Shown here piece by piece: positions 43,012 to 54,880 of a DNA stretch of 64,000 bases (the first letter of the stretch is position 1; every line of letters starts with the position of its first letter). A model generated the notes under the pieces. The model was given only the letters and a program-made list of their open reading frames with translations, searched no databases and was not told where the DNA came from. A program made the translations under genes and the position numbers. The DNA is taken from NCBI GenBank assembly GCA_030704615.1, contig CM060733.1:27652001-27716000 (forward strand), read 5' to 3'. Source of the DNA: Takakia lepidozioides. Its lineage: Eukaryota > Plantae > Bryophyta.

Positions 43012-44450
43012 TCATTCCGGATCCGTGGGTCTCCAGTCTGGAATTTCGTCTTGTGCTGCTCTCACTTCGTCCCAATACACAGGCTCTTGCTGGGCCTTCA
43101 ACATCAAATGGTGGGGAACAACGAACTTCTTTCCATCCCCCTTGGCCAATGCTGGAAGCTTCCAAAGCCCCATTAGCTTTCCATCGGGATTGTTCCCATT
43201 GACGCCCTCAGAGATGAAGAACTCGGGCTTCGAAAAATTGAAAGGGTGACAAAATACGTTAATCGGATATGCAGCGCCATGTTGTCTGTTCATATTGTGC
43301 TTATGGTCAGGAACAATGAAAGGTCGTCTTGTCTTGGTGTGCCAGTTGGTAACAAGAAACTGTGCATGGGTGTTTTCGAAGTTTGCAATGGCGAGAACTC
43401 CATCTTTCAGTGAGAGGTGCTCGATCCCTCCCCTGGAAAGAACGAGGTCTGGGCGGGCATGGATGGGCATGTTCACGAAGTCATGCCGCTCAAATTCCAT
43501 GTTTGAAACGATCTCGGTTTCTTGCAATGAGCTTCGGGACTACATGATATCCCAAGTACTCGGTGGAGTTGAAACCCTCAATCAGCGGTTGCCAATTGAC
43601 ATCTGTACCATAGTTGCACAATGAACATAGAGCTATGAGTTCTCGACCACAATCCTGACAGAAAAGCCAATGATACCAAGGAGAACTTGAAATTTGCAAT
43701 GCCCCTATTCAGATGAAACCAGAGTTTGTGCAAGCGCATTTAGAGCTCTTGTAAAGTAAGTGCAAGTCCTTGGGTTGTCAGTTCCAGTGGGTTGTAGAAC
43801 ACTTCCTTGCCATTGTTGTAAATGTTCTGAATTTAATTCCATGAGAAGGTTGAACTTCAGTCACTGTAGTCCCGGAGTTGGACATTGAGCAAACTCACTC
43901 CGGGCGAAGCTTACATGTAAAATTGCCAAGTAAATGGTGAAGATACTTTAGGAAAGGAGGAGACTGGACTTCCAAAGACTTTCTTCAAGCAAGCTTACCT
44001 CCACAAGGGGCATCCAACACCCTCACAATGTGAAATTTCTGAAATGCTGCTGCCAGCAGCCTCCTAGCGTTCACACTGTAGTCTCTACTGCCAGGGCCAG
44101 ACCTGGACGAGTCTGTCCCTCTCCAAAAGTCTGTATTAAACATATTTTCGAAGGCCTTAATCCTCTCTTGGCTCTCTTGGCTCTCCAACTGGACAAGAAT
44201 TCTCGTCACTTCTTGGTCGCGGTCTGAAGAGCATGAACAAAGTTTTGTATTTCCCAAGCTGGAAAACTGATACCCCACTGTGTCATGAGGCTCCCTCAAC
44301 TTTTCTATCCCCTATGTATGTGAACTCGGCTAGGTCTGTAAACTTAGGAAAGGAGAAGATGGCGAACATCCGCGGAGAGAAAAAAGTGGCTACCACCAGC
44401 AAACAACCCACACCAAAGCATACAAAGGAGCTAAGTCGGCAGCTCACCAT
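43012..44450 (-). pseudogene. Class I SAM-dependent methyltransferase with N-terminal signal anchor; two frameshifts; intron 43998-43603
   Basis: ATG 44450 hydrophobic N-term (FVCFGVGCLLVVATFF); FW...SRSGPGS motif; motif I LDAPCG|D across a GT-AG intron; YLGYHVVPKLIARN; DLVLSR..IEHL; INVFCHPFNFSKP; KLMGLWKLP. Frame breaks near ~44300 and ~43505. Confidence 0.8.
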
Positions 44451-44962
44451 CGTTGTTGATACTCTTGAACCTCACAGTCTAAGCTAGACTTGTGTTAGCT
44501 GACAGAGACAACCCAATTCTGCTAAACTCTCCCCAACTACAAGAGGTCGCGTTGCTTTACAGGAGAGCAGCGTTTTTTTCTCATATCGGGAAGGCTGGGA
44601 ATTTTGTGCTGGGAAAGCTGATAACTTAGTCCGATGTTTTTGGAGGTGAAAGAAATGCGCAATCTTGGGAGACGGGTTATGTCGTAGGAAGATCGAAGTG
44701 GTGTCAGACGAGGAAGCACAAATCTGGTTCACGGCGGGTTGAAGAATGCACAAATCTGGTTTACGGAGGATAGAGAGGATGGCGGACGTCCTTGATGAAT
44801 TGGAGAGGTTTGATCAGAGGACCGGGGATCCGAGCCATCAACGTCACTAGCCTATCTTCGCAGCGCCTCCAAAGCGCACATCACGAGGTCGAGACTCGTC
44901 CCCTTATCTCCTTAACAGAGAAGCTCCTTTCGGTGAGACAGAGTCTCCCCTTATCTCCTTAA

Positions 44963-45207
44963 CAGAGAAGCTCCTTTTGGTGAGACGCAATGAAGTTATC
45001 TGCACCCACCTCGTTGAAGTTCTCCACCTTGTGAGCAAGGTAAGGCGATGAGTTCTAGTTCATCACAACCTCCTCTAAAGTCTTGCGTGATGTGAGCGTT
45101 GAAGGAGGTTGTGATGAACCAGTGCTTATCCCCCTATCTTGCTCTCCGGGTGGAGAAAGGTGAATGCGGATAATTTCATTGTGTGTCTAACTATATGAGC
45201 TCCTCTG
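44963..45207 (+). ncRNA. Long fold-back hairpin 1 (pre-miRNA/hpRNA-like)
   Basis: Perfect 17-bp stem 45058-45074/45103-45119 extended by imperfect pairing to 44963/45207; several mismatches are G-U on +. Confidence 0.55.
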
Positions 45208-45449
45208 CGATTGGAATCGCATGACCATGAGATAACCAAATTGTACCAGGAGATCCCCCATTGCGAGACATCGGCCAAGAGCATTCCGCGTGGTTCGCCA
45301 TCATCCACCGTACTAACCCCATTTTTGTTAGATGTCGTAAGAAGATGGAAGTGGTGCCAGTAGAGGAAGTAGAAATCTGGTTCGTGAGGGTAAGAAGGGG
45401 AGATTGCAAATGGTGGAGAGGTTCGCGCAGGAGATGAAGGACTTTGGAG

Positions 45450-47482
45450 CCATCATCGTTACTAGCATATCACTTGGCAGCGCTTTAGAAACGCACATCA
45501 TGCAGGGCATTGGAGGAGGTCATTGTAAACCACCACTTGTCCCCCCTACATTGCTCGTTGGGTTGAGAACCTCAAACCTTCAGCGAGGTTAATATGGTTG
45601 ATTTCATTGCGTCCTACAGCGGAGCTCTTGTGAAAGGGATGAAGGGGACGAGGGAGACAATAAAGACGAGTTTCATTGGAGACGACAAGGAAGCGGAGGA
45701 CCAGGAGATAACCCAATTATGAGCCACTACCCAAGAACTGCAAGACAATGTCATATAGGAGCTCTTCGCCATGTGAGCCTCTCTTCCCTCTTTCACGATT
45801 ATTAATTGATCAAGCGCATTGGAGATTTCACATGGGGTGATAATTTTGATACTTACAGTGCTTAGGCAAATTGCATTGCAGTGTAATTATTCATGTTTGC
45901 TTGTAACACAAGCAGCCTCCTGCATGGCTTAGGAGCGTAATGTCAATGGTGTTGTGTGCAGCAAAGATGGGGTTCGTATGACGGATGATGGTGAACCATG
46001 CGGAGTCCTTCTATTTTGGTGTCTTGCAGCTTTCTGTTAGTGACTCGTAATTGATTTAACTCTTGGTTCTGCATTTTTGTCCCCTTCGTCCACTTCACAA
46101 GGAAGGAGGAGGAAAGAGACGAAGGGGACAAAAATGATGAGTCTCCTCGGAGACGGCAAGGGATGCGAATGGAATCTCAGAATCAGGAGTTAAGTCAATT
46201 ACTAGCCACTACCAAAAAGTTGTGAGACATCATATAGGAACACTTCGCGTAGTTCACCATCATCCGTTATACAAACCCCAACTTCGTTGCACACAACAAC
46301 ATCAGTATTACGCTCCATGCAGGAGGCTGCTTTGAGCGTGTTGCAAGAAAATATGAAAATCTAAAGTGCAATCCAATCTGCCTAGGCACTGCAAATATTG
46401 AAATTATCATCCCGTCTGAAATCTCCTCCATAGAAAATCTATAATGTGCTTCATCAATTGGTTGACGATAGAGTTGTGAAAGAGGGAGAGAGACTCACAT
46501 AGTGGAGTTTGTAAGTGATGACGAATGAGAAGACCATGCAATGAGATAAAAAGACAAACAATTGCCATCACTCCACCAATTACTTGAACATGAGCTGGCG
46601 CCATACCAGAGAGGCTTCCACTCCTTTGGGATTGGGCCTTTTTCTACTTGCAATGTCTGTGAGGGTGATATGTTATCAGGACTTGGGCAGAGTGGGGAAA
46701 GCATCACTGCATTGGCTTGCAGAAATTTAGTTGTCCGACAAATGTGCTAACAGAGTTGTGTGGAGCAGGGAACGATATGGGGGTTGTAGGGGTATGGTTG
46801 TTAGAGTTGCATTGAAAGAGTTTCAAAGCAAAGGATCAAGTACTTTGATTTGGAGCTTCCTGAGCTATTGTGGTTCTCTCAGAACCACATCTACGGTCAT
46901 ACAACAGTTGCATTGGGCACGTGAGGGCTCAAGGGAGGAAGCTAGGTTTGATAGTTATTTAGATTTGTGTCGTGTGTTGCATAATTGGGTCATGAGGGCT
47001 GTGGTTTGTGTAGTTGAGGGAAGCAATACCCTAGTCCTCCTTTATAGTGGTACTGCTCTTTTAGTGTTAGGAACCCTCTCTTGGGTTCCATGTTACGTTT
47101 CCAAGCCCTTATACTTATACTAATGGTTTCGTATGCGGCGAAGATGGGGTTTGTATGACGGATGATGTCTACCATGCGGAGAGCTCCTATATGACATTGT
47201 CTTGCAGCTCTTTGGTAGTGGCTCATAATTGGGTTATCTCCGGGTCCTGGTCCTGCACTTCCAATCGCACTCATTGTCTTCTCCAAAGAAACTCGTCCTT
47301 TTTGTCCCCTTCAACCCCTTCACAAAAGAGCTCCGCCGGTAGGACACAATGAAATCAACTAGATTAATATGAATTTCTCAACCCGACGAGCAATGTTGGG
47401 GGACAGTGGTTTACGATGACCTCCTCCAAATCCTTGTGTGATGTGCGCGGCGAAGAGATATGCCAGCTAGTGACGGTGATGG
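45450..47482. repeat. Outer inverted repeat (arms ~45450-45773 and ~47172-47482) enclosing hairpin 2
   Basis: e.g. GGAGATAACCCAATTATGAGCCACTACC...GACAATGTCATATAGGAGCTCT (45704-45765) is the near-perfect reverse complement of 47180-47241. Confidence 0.85.
45821..46426 (+). ncRNA. Long (~270 bp stem) fold-back hairpin 2 (hpRNA-like)
   Basis: Perfect 19-bp apical stem 46072-46090/46118-46136, 27-nt loop, arms pair out to 45821/46426 with a G-U excess on +. Confidence 0.6.
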
Positions 47483-47963
47483 AAGATGGAGGGTGTGAAC
47501 GAATCCCTATAATCTGAATATTGCAGCTCTAGTGGGATTACTGGGCTGTAATAAGGAATTGGTAAGAGCAGGTCAGGAAAAAAGATGATGACTAAGGTTT
47601 ACCCATGGCTGGGTATCCAGCCCTGTAGCTGGCGTTACTTTCCAGGAGAGTAAAGTTTGCTTCAAGGATGTGAAGGTTGTGCTGGGAATGCTGATAGGCC
47701 GATGTTTTGGAGGTGAAGTAAATGCACAATCTTGGGAGACATGTTAGATGCCGTAGGCAGATCGAATTGGTGCCATAAAAGCCAAAATTCATCTAGGATC
47801 CAATATTTTCTTATACTACAGCAATTTCCTATGGCATTTGAGCTTGAGCTCGGTTTGAGGTTGTCGATTGGGCTGTAGTGCTGTAGTGATCTGACGATTA
47901 ATTAATTTAATGGGATCCAATGCAGATTAGAGGGCAACCAAGCGCACAAATTTGTGTTGTGTT

Positions 47964-50900
47964 TGTTAGGAATCGTGAAGGAGAAATGAGATGTCCGAAG
48001 TCTACTTCATTAAACCTGAAGCAAGCATAATATACTAGTCCTAAGTATCGGAGAGAGCAGGGAAGCACTACTCTTTTCATGATTAACTAGTGGCGACTGG
48101 CGGAGTGGTCTGAACACTAAGTTAGCCTACTTCACATATTGAATGGAGCCATTGATCTGATCTGTTCGACCGTTACAGATCTAGACGTCGTCAATCTTCT
48201 TTGACTAAAATACTCAACTTTCCAAGAGAGTATATAAAAAAAATGTCATTCTAGTTTAGACTACATGCTCTGATTATTGGCAGAATTCGAGTAGTCAATT
48301 GTGTGTACCAAACGTAGCTTGTCTCTTAGTTTCTCGAACACAGTACGACCCAAGGGTTTGGTCAAGATGTCTGCTAGCTGATCAGAAGATGGAACATGAT
48401 TCATTTCTAGTTCACCATCTGCAACTTTTTCTTTGATAAAATGATGTATGATCGCAATATGCTTGGTTCTGTCATGAAGAACTGGGTTTTCAGAGAGTTT
48501 AGTTGCACTTTGATTGTTGACCATGATTTTCGTTGGTTCTTGTTCGTCGATTACTTGAATTTCTCCAAACAATCTCCTCAGCCACACAACCTCTTTTGCT
48601 CCACTCGTCATGGCCATATATTCGGCTTCTGTGGATGAAAGAGCTGTGCATGGCTGCTTTATGCTACCCCATGTAATTGGACTGGATCCCAAACAAAACA
48701 GGTAACCTGTTGTTGATTTGCGATCGTGAATGTCTCCAGCCCAGTCGGCATCTGAATAGCCAGTGAGTACGCTTTCCTCCCCTCGACGATAGCAAATACC
48801 AAAGTCCACCGTACCTTTGATACACCTAAACAAGTGCTTCACAGCATCCAGATGTGGAGTTTGGGGTTGGTTCGAGAACCTACTCATATTTACTGCGAAA
48901 GAAATGTCTGGTCGGGTTTGTGTCAAGAAATTCAATTTCCCTATCATTCGTTGGTACATTTGTGCATCGACTGTGGAAGCTCCCATGTCTGGCATGAGCT
49001 TAAGTCCTTGTAGCATAGGTACAGCTGCAGCGTTGCAGTTAGCAAACCCAAATTCTTTCAACATCTGTGCTGCGTATCCTCTATGCGTGACAGTAATACC
49101 TTCTGACCGAAAAAAGTACTCCATCCCTAATGAATGACTTAGCAAACCCAAATCTTTCATCTCAAATCTCTTCTGAATTTCTGTTCTAATCCACTAGGGC
49201 TTAGTAGCGTGGTTACCAGTGAGATAAACATCATCGACATAAGAATTAAAAAAACCACCTTGTCACCTTCGTGAAAATAATACAGGTTGCCATCAGCGAT
49301 GCCTTTCTCTAATCCTTGTTTTTGCAAGTATTCATCGATCTTATACCAGGCACGAGGTGCTTGGCGCAATCCATACAATGCTTTGCGTAATCTGCATACT
49401 TTGCCCTCTGAACCTTTTTCTTCAAACCCTTCGAGTTGTTGTACAAAAACTTCCTTGGAGTCTTCGCCATTTAGAAAGGCAGTCTTCACGTCAAGATGGT
49501 AGATCGACCATCCATTGTGACCAACCAGTGCAATGATGGCACGCAAAGTATTATATTTGGCAACTGGGGCATAGGTTTCCTCAAAGTCCTCCCCGAGCAA
49601 CCAAGCGCGCTTTCAGTTTTGATGTGGTGCTATCCACATTGGTTTTCAACTTGTAAATCCATTTAGTTGTGATTGGTTTTCGAAAGGGGGGCAAATCCTC
49701 TGGTACCCAAGTTTTGTTCTTATGTATGGAACTAATCTCATGTTCCATAGCTTCAACCCATCCGGGTATCCGGGAAGCTTCAGAAAAATTTGTAGGTTCA
49801 GTAATCGTGGATTCAGACAACCCCATAACAAAATCATTGAACCGCTTGGGTGGCATGATAAGGCGGCCAGCACGAGTGTGAATTTCAGGCTCTACAGGCA
49901 ACACCTCCTCCAAATGACCTTGTTCAGACTGATCAGCAAAAGAGCATGAAACATTGATTGAATGACAAGGTGAGCTTTCACTATCACCTTAGGCATGTTG
50001 ATCATCACTGCTCGTAGATTCAGCATGTGTTGAATGTTCAGTGACATTTTCAGGAGTTTCAGCGCCTTGGTCGAAATAGGGTACGTCAACTTGTTGTTCC
50101 GATGGTTGGTCCGGTAGTATTGGAGTCTCCGGTAGATGGCAGAATACAGTTGTTGCAGGGTCCTCAATCGTTGTTCTGGTTGTAACCGGCATGAAGCTCA
50201 TGTGATCTTCAGAAAAAATGACATCTTTTGACATTGTAACTTTGTTCAACTCTAGACAGAAACATCTATAGCCCTTCGTGGATGTATCGTATCCTAGCAG
50301 TGCACAGCTCTTGGACTTTGGTGTTAACGTGAACAAAACATTCACAGCCAATGACTCTAAGATGTTTGACATTAGGGACACGTCCGTATAATTTTTGATA
50401 GGGAGTGACATCTTCATTTGCCTTGGTAGGAGATATATTTGTCATATAATTTGCATTGCAGTGTTGATGGCCTCGGCCCAAATAGCAGCTCGGAAATTAG
50501 CACCGAAGGCCAAACTTCTTGCCTTTTCTAACAAGGTTATGTTTCTACGCTCGGCTACACTGTTCTGATGCGGTGTGTTAGTTTGCGTGAACTACCTCTC
50601 AATGCCATGTTCTTTGCAAAAATTAGAGAATAAGAGAGAACTGTATTCCCCTTCTTTATCTGATCGTAAGACTTTGACTGTAATGTTAAATTGTCTCAAG
50701 ACCTTCGCATGAAAATGCTGGAAATGAGTGAGTGTCTCACTTTTCTTCCGAAGAAAGTAAACCCAGCCAAAGCGACTGTAGTCATCGATAAAGGTCAAAA
50801 CGTAGTAAGCCCCATACAAAGATTTGACAGAAAATGGTCCACACAAATCTGTATGGATCAGTTCAAAAGGTTGGACTTTTCGTATAAACTCTTCATGGGA

Positions 50901-52696
50901 GCTTTCTGACGACTCTGCATACCTAGTGCACAAGCCTGACATGCTGAGTAGGCAGGAGAAATCTTTGGTAGACTGGTGACGAGACCCTTTTCATGCATCA
51001 GATGTAAGCTTTTGTGATTTAAATGCCCAAACCTAAGATGCCAGATTCTACTGAGATTGATTGTGTTAGTCACTGATCCCAAGAAGAATTCCCTAGACAC
51101 AATCAATTTGTTCAGACCGTTTGATTAATCTCGATTCCCTTTGGTTAGAACTTTGAACGAAACATTCAAGAGATAGACATGCTGATGGTTGAAAAGAAGT
51201 TTGGAATCCCTTATCTGCTAATGTACCGACAGACAATAAATTCTTTGATACACCCGGAACGTACAAAACTTCTTCAGTATTTTAGAGAGAGAGAGTAATG
51301 TTGCCCACACGAGCAACATCGTGAGAGTTTCCTCTAGCGGTTTTGACCTTGATATTTTCATCTCCTTTCTTGACATCACTAAGCAAATTCTCATTGCCAG
51401 TGACATGCTTGGTAGCGCCGCTATCCACGTACCATTTGGATTTGTCGTATTCAGCCAAATTCAGTTCCAAGATGTCTGCAGCTAGTTCTCTTGGTGCATC
51501 GTTGCATTCATGGAAATTGTCGATTTCTTCATCTTCATCGCTCCCTTCCTCCACAAGATTAACACTGTTCACCTTACGTTTCACGCTCTGTTGCTAGGCG
51601 TTTGATTTCATTTGAAAGTTCAACACATGTGCGCATCCAATAGTTTGGATTGCCACAAAAATTGCAGTTCCCTCCCATTTTGCTCCACCACCCTTACGAT
51701 TCTTGTCATAGACCTTGGCCTTGTTGAATTTGGCTTTGATGAACAGAGCCTCGTCTTCTGTTTTCTTCCCTCGGATTTCGTTCTTAGCCTCATCGTGTAG
51801 TAAAATGCCAGATAGCTCGCTAAGAGTGGGAAGTTCAGCACGGTAGATCAGCGTGTTGGCAAGTGATTCATAGCTCTAGGAAAGTGTAACAAGAATTTGC
51901 TCAACGAGTTCATCCTCTCGCTCCACCTCACCAATGTTAGCTAGCTGGTTGATGAGGTCCTTCAACTGCATGAAGTAATTGGCAACCGAATCTCCTTCCT
52001 CCAATCGAAGATTTGTGAGCTTGGTCTTGAGTATCAGACGTCGCGCACTACTTCGCTGTTCGAACAAGTCCTTCAAAGTTTGCCACATCTGCGCTGGATC
52101 AGTGATCCGAGCAATATGCCGCACGATTTCATCTTTAACGGATAGGCTAATAATCGCTAGAGCCTTCTTCTTCCTCCTATCCTGGTCAGCCTGGAATTCT
52201 TCCTCAATCGGCATAAAGATTCCATAGGCATTTGGCTCAACTACATCTATTAGCTCATCTCTATGTAGCAAACTGGATACACTGAATTTCTACGTGCTAT
52301 AATTGGACTGTCCTCCAAGTTTGGAGCTCTCAGACATGCCGCTCTCCCCATGGGCCATATTGACTCAAGGAAACTTAGAATACTACTAACAGTTCTACTG
52401 ACAGTGTCAGCTTCTAAGGGACCCTATCAACTAACCCGCTCTGAGAAATCGTGAAGGAGAAATGAGATGTCCTAAGTCTACTTCATTAAATCCGAAGCAA
52501 GCATAATATACTAGTCCTAAGTATGAGAGAGAGCACGGAAGCACTACTCTTTTCATGATTAACTAGTGGCGACTGGGCTGAGTGGTCTGGACACTAAATT
52601 AGCCTACTTCACATATTGAGTGGAGCCATTGATTTGATCTGTTCGACCGTTACAGATCTAGACGTCGTCGATCTTCTTTGACTAAAATACTCAACA
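47964..52696 (-). mobile_element. Full-length, decayed Ty1/copia LTR retrotransposon with GTGTT target-site duplication
   Basis: ~255-bp LTRs 47964-48219 and ~52445-52696 (about 15 differences by eye); TSD GTGTT at 47959-47963 and 52697-52701; gag (51876-52271), protease WYVDSGATKHV, GAG-pre-integrase WHLRFGH, integrase LIHTDLCGP/FIDDYSR, RT KARLVARG/LDVKTAFLNG, RNase H GYSDADWAG/QLADILTK in copia order; many frameshifts. Confidence 0.96.
48261..49160 (-). pseudogene. Copia RT C-terminus / RNase H segment
   Basis: MKDLG, TRPDISFAV, GYSDADWAGD..DRKSTTG, ALSSTEAEY, RTKHI, QLADILTKPL. Confidence 0.9.
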
Positions 52697-53280
52697 GTGT
52701 TGAGGTATCTTGTATCTTTCCTTCTCCATACTTGGCCGCAATTCAACAGCTACATGTATCAGAATTCTAGCGAAGACAATCTACAGGTACTTAATTTCGA
52801 GGAGGTGCCCCTATCAAAACCAGAATTATCCTGGCTCTCTAAACCCCTAGACTCTTCAAATCGACTGGTGGAGGCCATAATTGAAATTGTTCATCTGTGG
52901 TAGCTGGTCATAGTGTGTAAGATCTCAGTTAACAGAATTTGAGCACAAACGGTCCATAGATTAGTGAGAGGGATTGACATGGCCGGTCCAGTACTTATTC
53001 ATAATCATAGGCCTGCCATTATTGGCGACTTGATTTTTTATCGAGTCGTGAATGATAACTGGTCCCAGAATCAAATTTCAACTAGTGATCATAATTTTCA
53101 GTCCGTTCCTTACTTGCTCATTTTGGTGTCTGAGCACTGCGTCCTCTGGAAAGAATTTCAGAAGGCAGCTTGGCTGTGGATAAGGGAGGGATTTTAAGGT
53201 TTCTTTCTTAAGGCCATGTCATGAGCTTTCCGAGGAAGTTACAAAGCACCTAAGTTCTTTCGTTCTCCTGAGCAATCATT

Positions 53281-53320
53281 CAGTGGCCACAAGGCTCCCG
53301 CATTAAACAACGTCTTATGA
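53281..53320 (+). mobile_element. Very short 3' end of the RTEX-like LINE
   Basis: TGGCCACAAGGCT...AAACAACGTCTTATGA matches the family terminus. Confidence 0.6.
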
Positions 53321-54513
53321 TTCTCTCTTGAGCACTGACTCTTGCTGTCAAGCCTTGCTGGTAGCACCACATGCATATCCGTGTAAAGTAGTAACCGTCT
53401 GCTGCCCTCTCCATATATAACTTCTCCATGAGGTACGTAGCTGCAATTGGAACCCAGAAAGAAGCATCGAGGAAGCATCCAGATGGACCGCTCTACAGGT
53501 GGTGGGTTTATTTCATATGTACAATTGATATATAACCCAGTATAACCAATTGATCTAGAGCTCTGTAATTGTGGGTCATCGCATCAGCCAGTCATTGCAT
53601 CACGGGAGATTTCTGACTACAGTCTCGACAAGAATGGGGTTTCAGACCATGCTCAGATCTCTATTTAAGCTAAACACAAGAGATGATAGCTCACACCAAG
53701 GGAATACTGTTCATGAAAACAAAACAATCGACGTTGAAGATCTATTGGTCACCATCATACTGTAATAATGATATTCTTAATGTGACATCTATTGAAACGG
53801 CGAAAGAATGATGCGTGCGTGAGGGGTTGGTCACATGCGCTGTAGACACTTTGGAGTGAAGTGCTATCCGAAGAGGTGTCAGAACTGAAGCCGGAGATGC
53901 ACGGTGCCTACCTTTGTGCGGCTGCATCGATGTTGGAGGATGGAAATTGTGAGCAACAAGCCAAAATGGATTCTGTCTTCACTTCAAACTTACATTGTGA
54001 CTGAGAAACTCTGGAACAGTTGCCTTGTCCAGAACATAACCCAAGGTGGTTATCGGGATCATCGGGCACAAATCTCGATGTAAGTCCGCCAACTGTGGAT
54101 CTGATCTTGAGAGTCACGCTGATGATAGAGATCTCTTTCGTGCCAGGTAGTTTTTCAGGTTTCCCGGAGATGCTTAAATTAGGACCTGTAGGAGACTTGT
54201 CGGTACACCCCACAGTTGATTGTGCATTTTCAACTATCAAACGACTTGGGTTGCTCCAAGTGAGAAATCCATGAATCTCACTTGAACATAGATTCAAAGG
54301 TCTCTTCATTCGTGATCCATACGTGTTCACAGAGACCTGTGTAGTAGTCTTACATGAATTAGGCGTCATTGTTCCGGACTTACAAGGAGCTTATAACTCA
54401 GTAAGGTCTTTACTTAGTTAGAGAGGATGGCAAGATGGCAACTTACGGCCTCGTGCTGGGCCCCTCATCTCAGGAAGGCCCCACCCCTCGGGCCCCACCC
54501 TACACATACTAAT

Positions 54514-54666
54514 AGCATATGAGGCCTTCCCAATGAAACGTAAATTATGGTGTCTCTTGATCCGAAGGGGGCCGGAAGATGGACACCATAGTTAATCTGG
54601 TGGATTGAACCCACAACCACTTCCGAGGTGTTATGCGCTATTACCACTTGGGCTACAACTTGATTG
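54514..54666 (-). mobile_element. tRNA-derived SINE (family A copy 3)
   Basis: Minus strand CAATCAAGTTGTAGCCCAAGTGG (A box)...GGGTTCAATCC (B box)...AGAGACACCATAATTTAC...TTGGGAAGGC matches 9801-9990. Confidence 0.72.
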
Positions 54667-54680
54667 TCTAGGAATCCACA

Positions 54681-54880
54681 TACGTGCCTTGCCTGTGCAT
54701 AACCTAGGTGATCCTGGGTTCAATCCTTCAACATGTGCCTTCAGACCGTCCATTGGGCACTCGATGGCCTGTGTGTTGAGCAGTAGGCTCTGTAAATTCA
54801 CTGGACGTTAAAGAATCTTTATCTTTATCTTTATGTGTAAATTCACTGGACGTTAAAGAAACTTTATCTTTATCTTTATG
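54681..54880 (+). mobile_element. Second SINE-like element with tandemly duplicated 3' tail
   Basis: B-box-like GGTTCAATCC (~54717); TGTAAATTCACTGGACGTTAAAGAA(T/A)CTTTATCTTTATCTTTATG duplicated (54791-54880). Confidence 0.4.

Noticed and set aside
46430-47110. Spacer inside the outer inverted repeat, possibly a decayed LINE piece
   Set aside because: No diagnostic motif; left unannotated.
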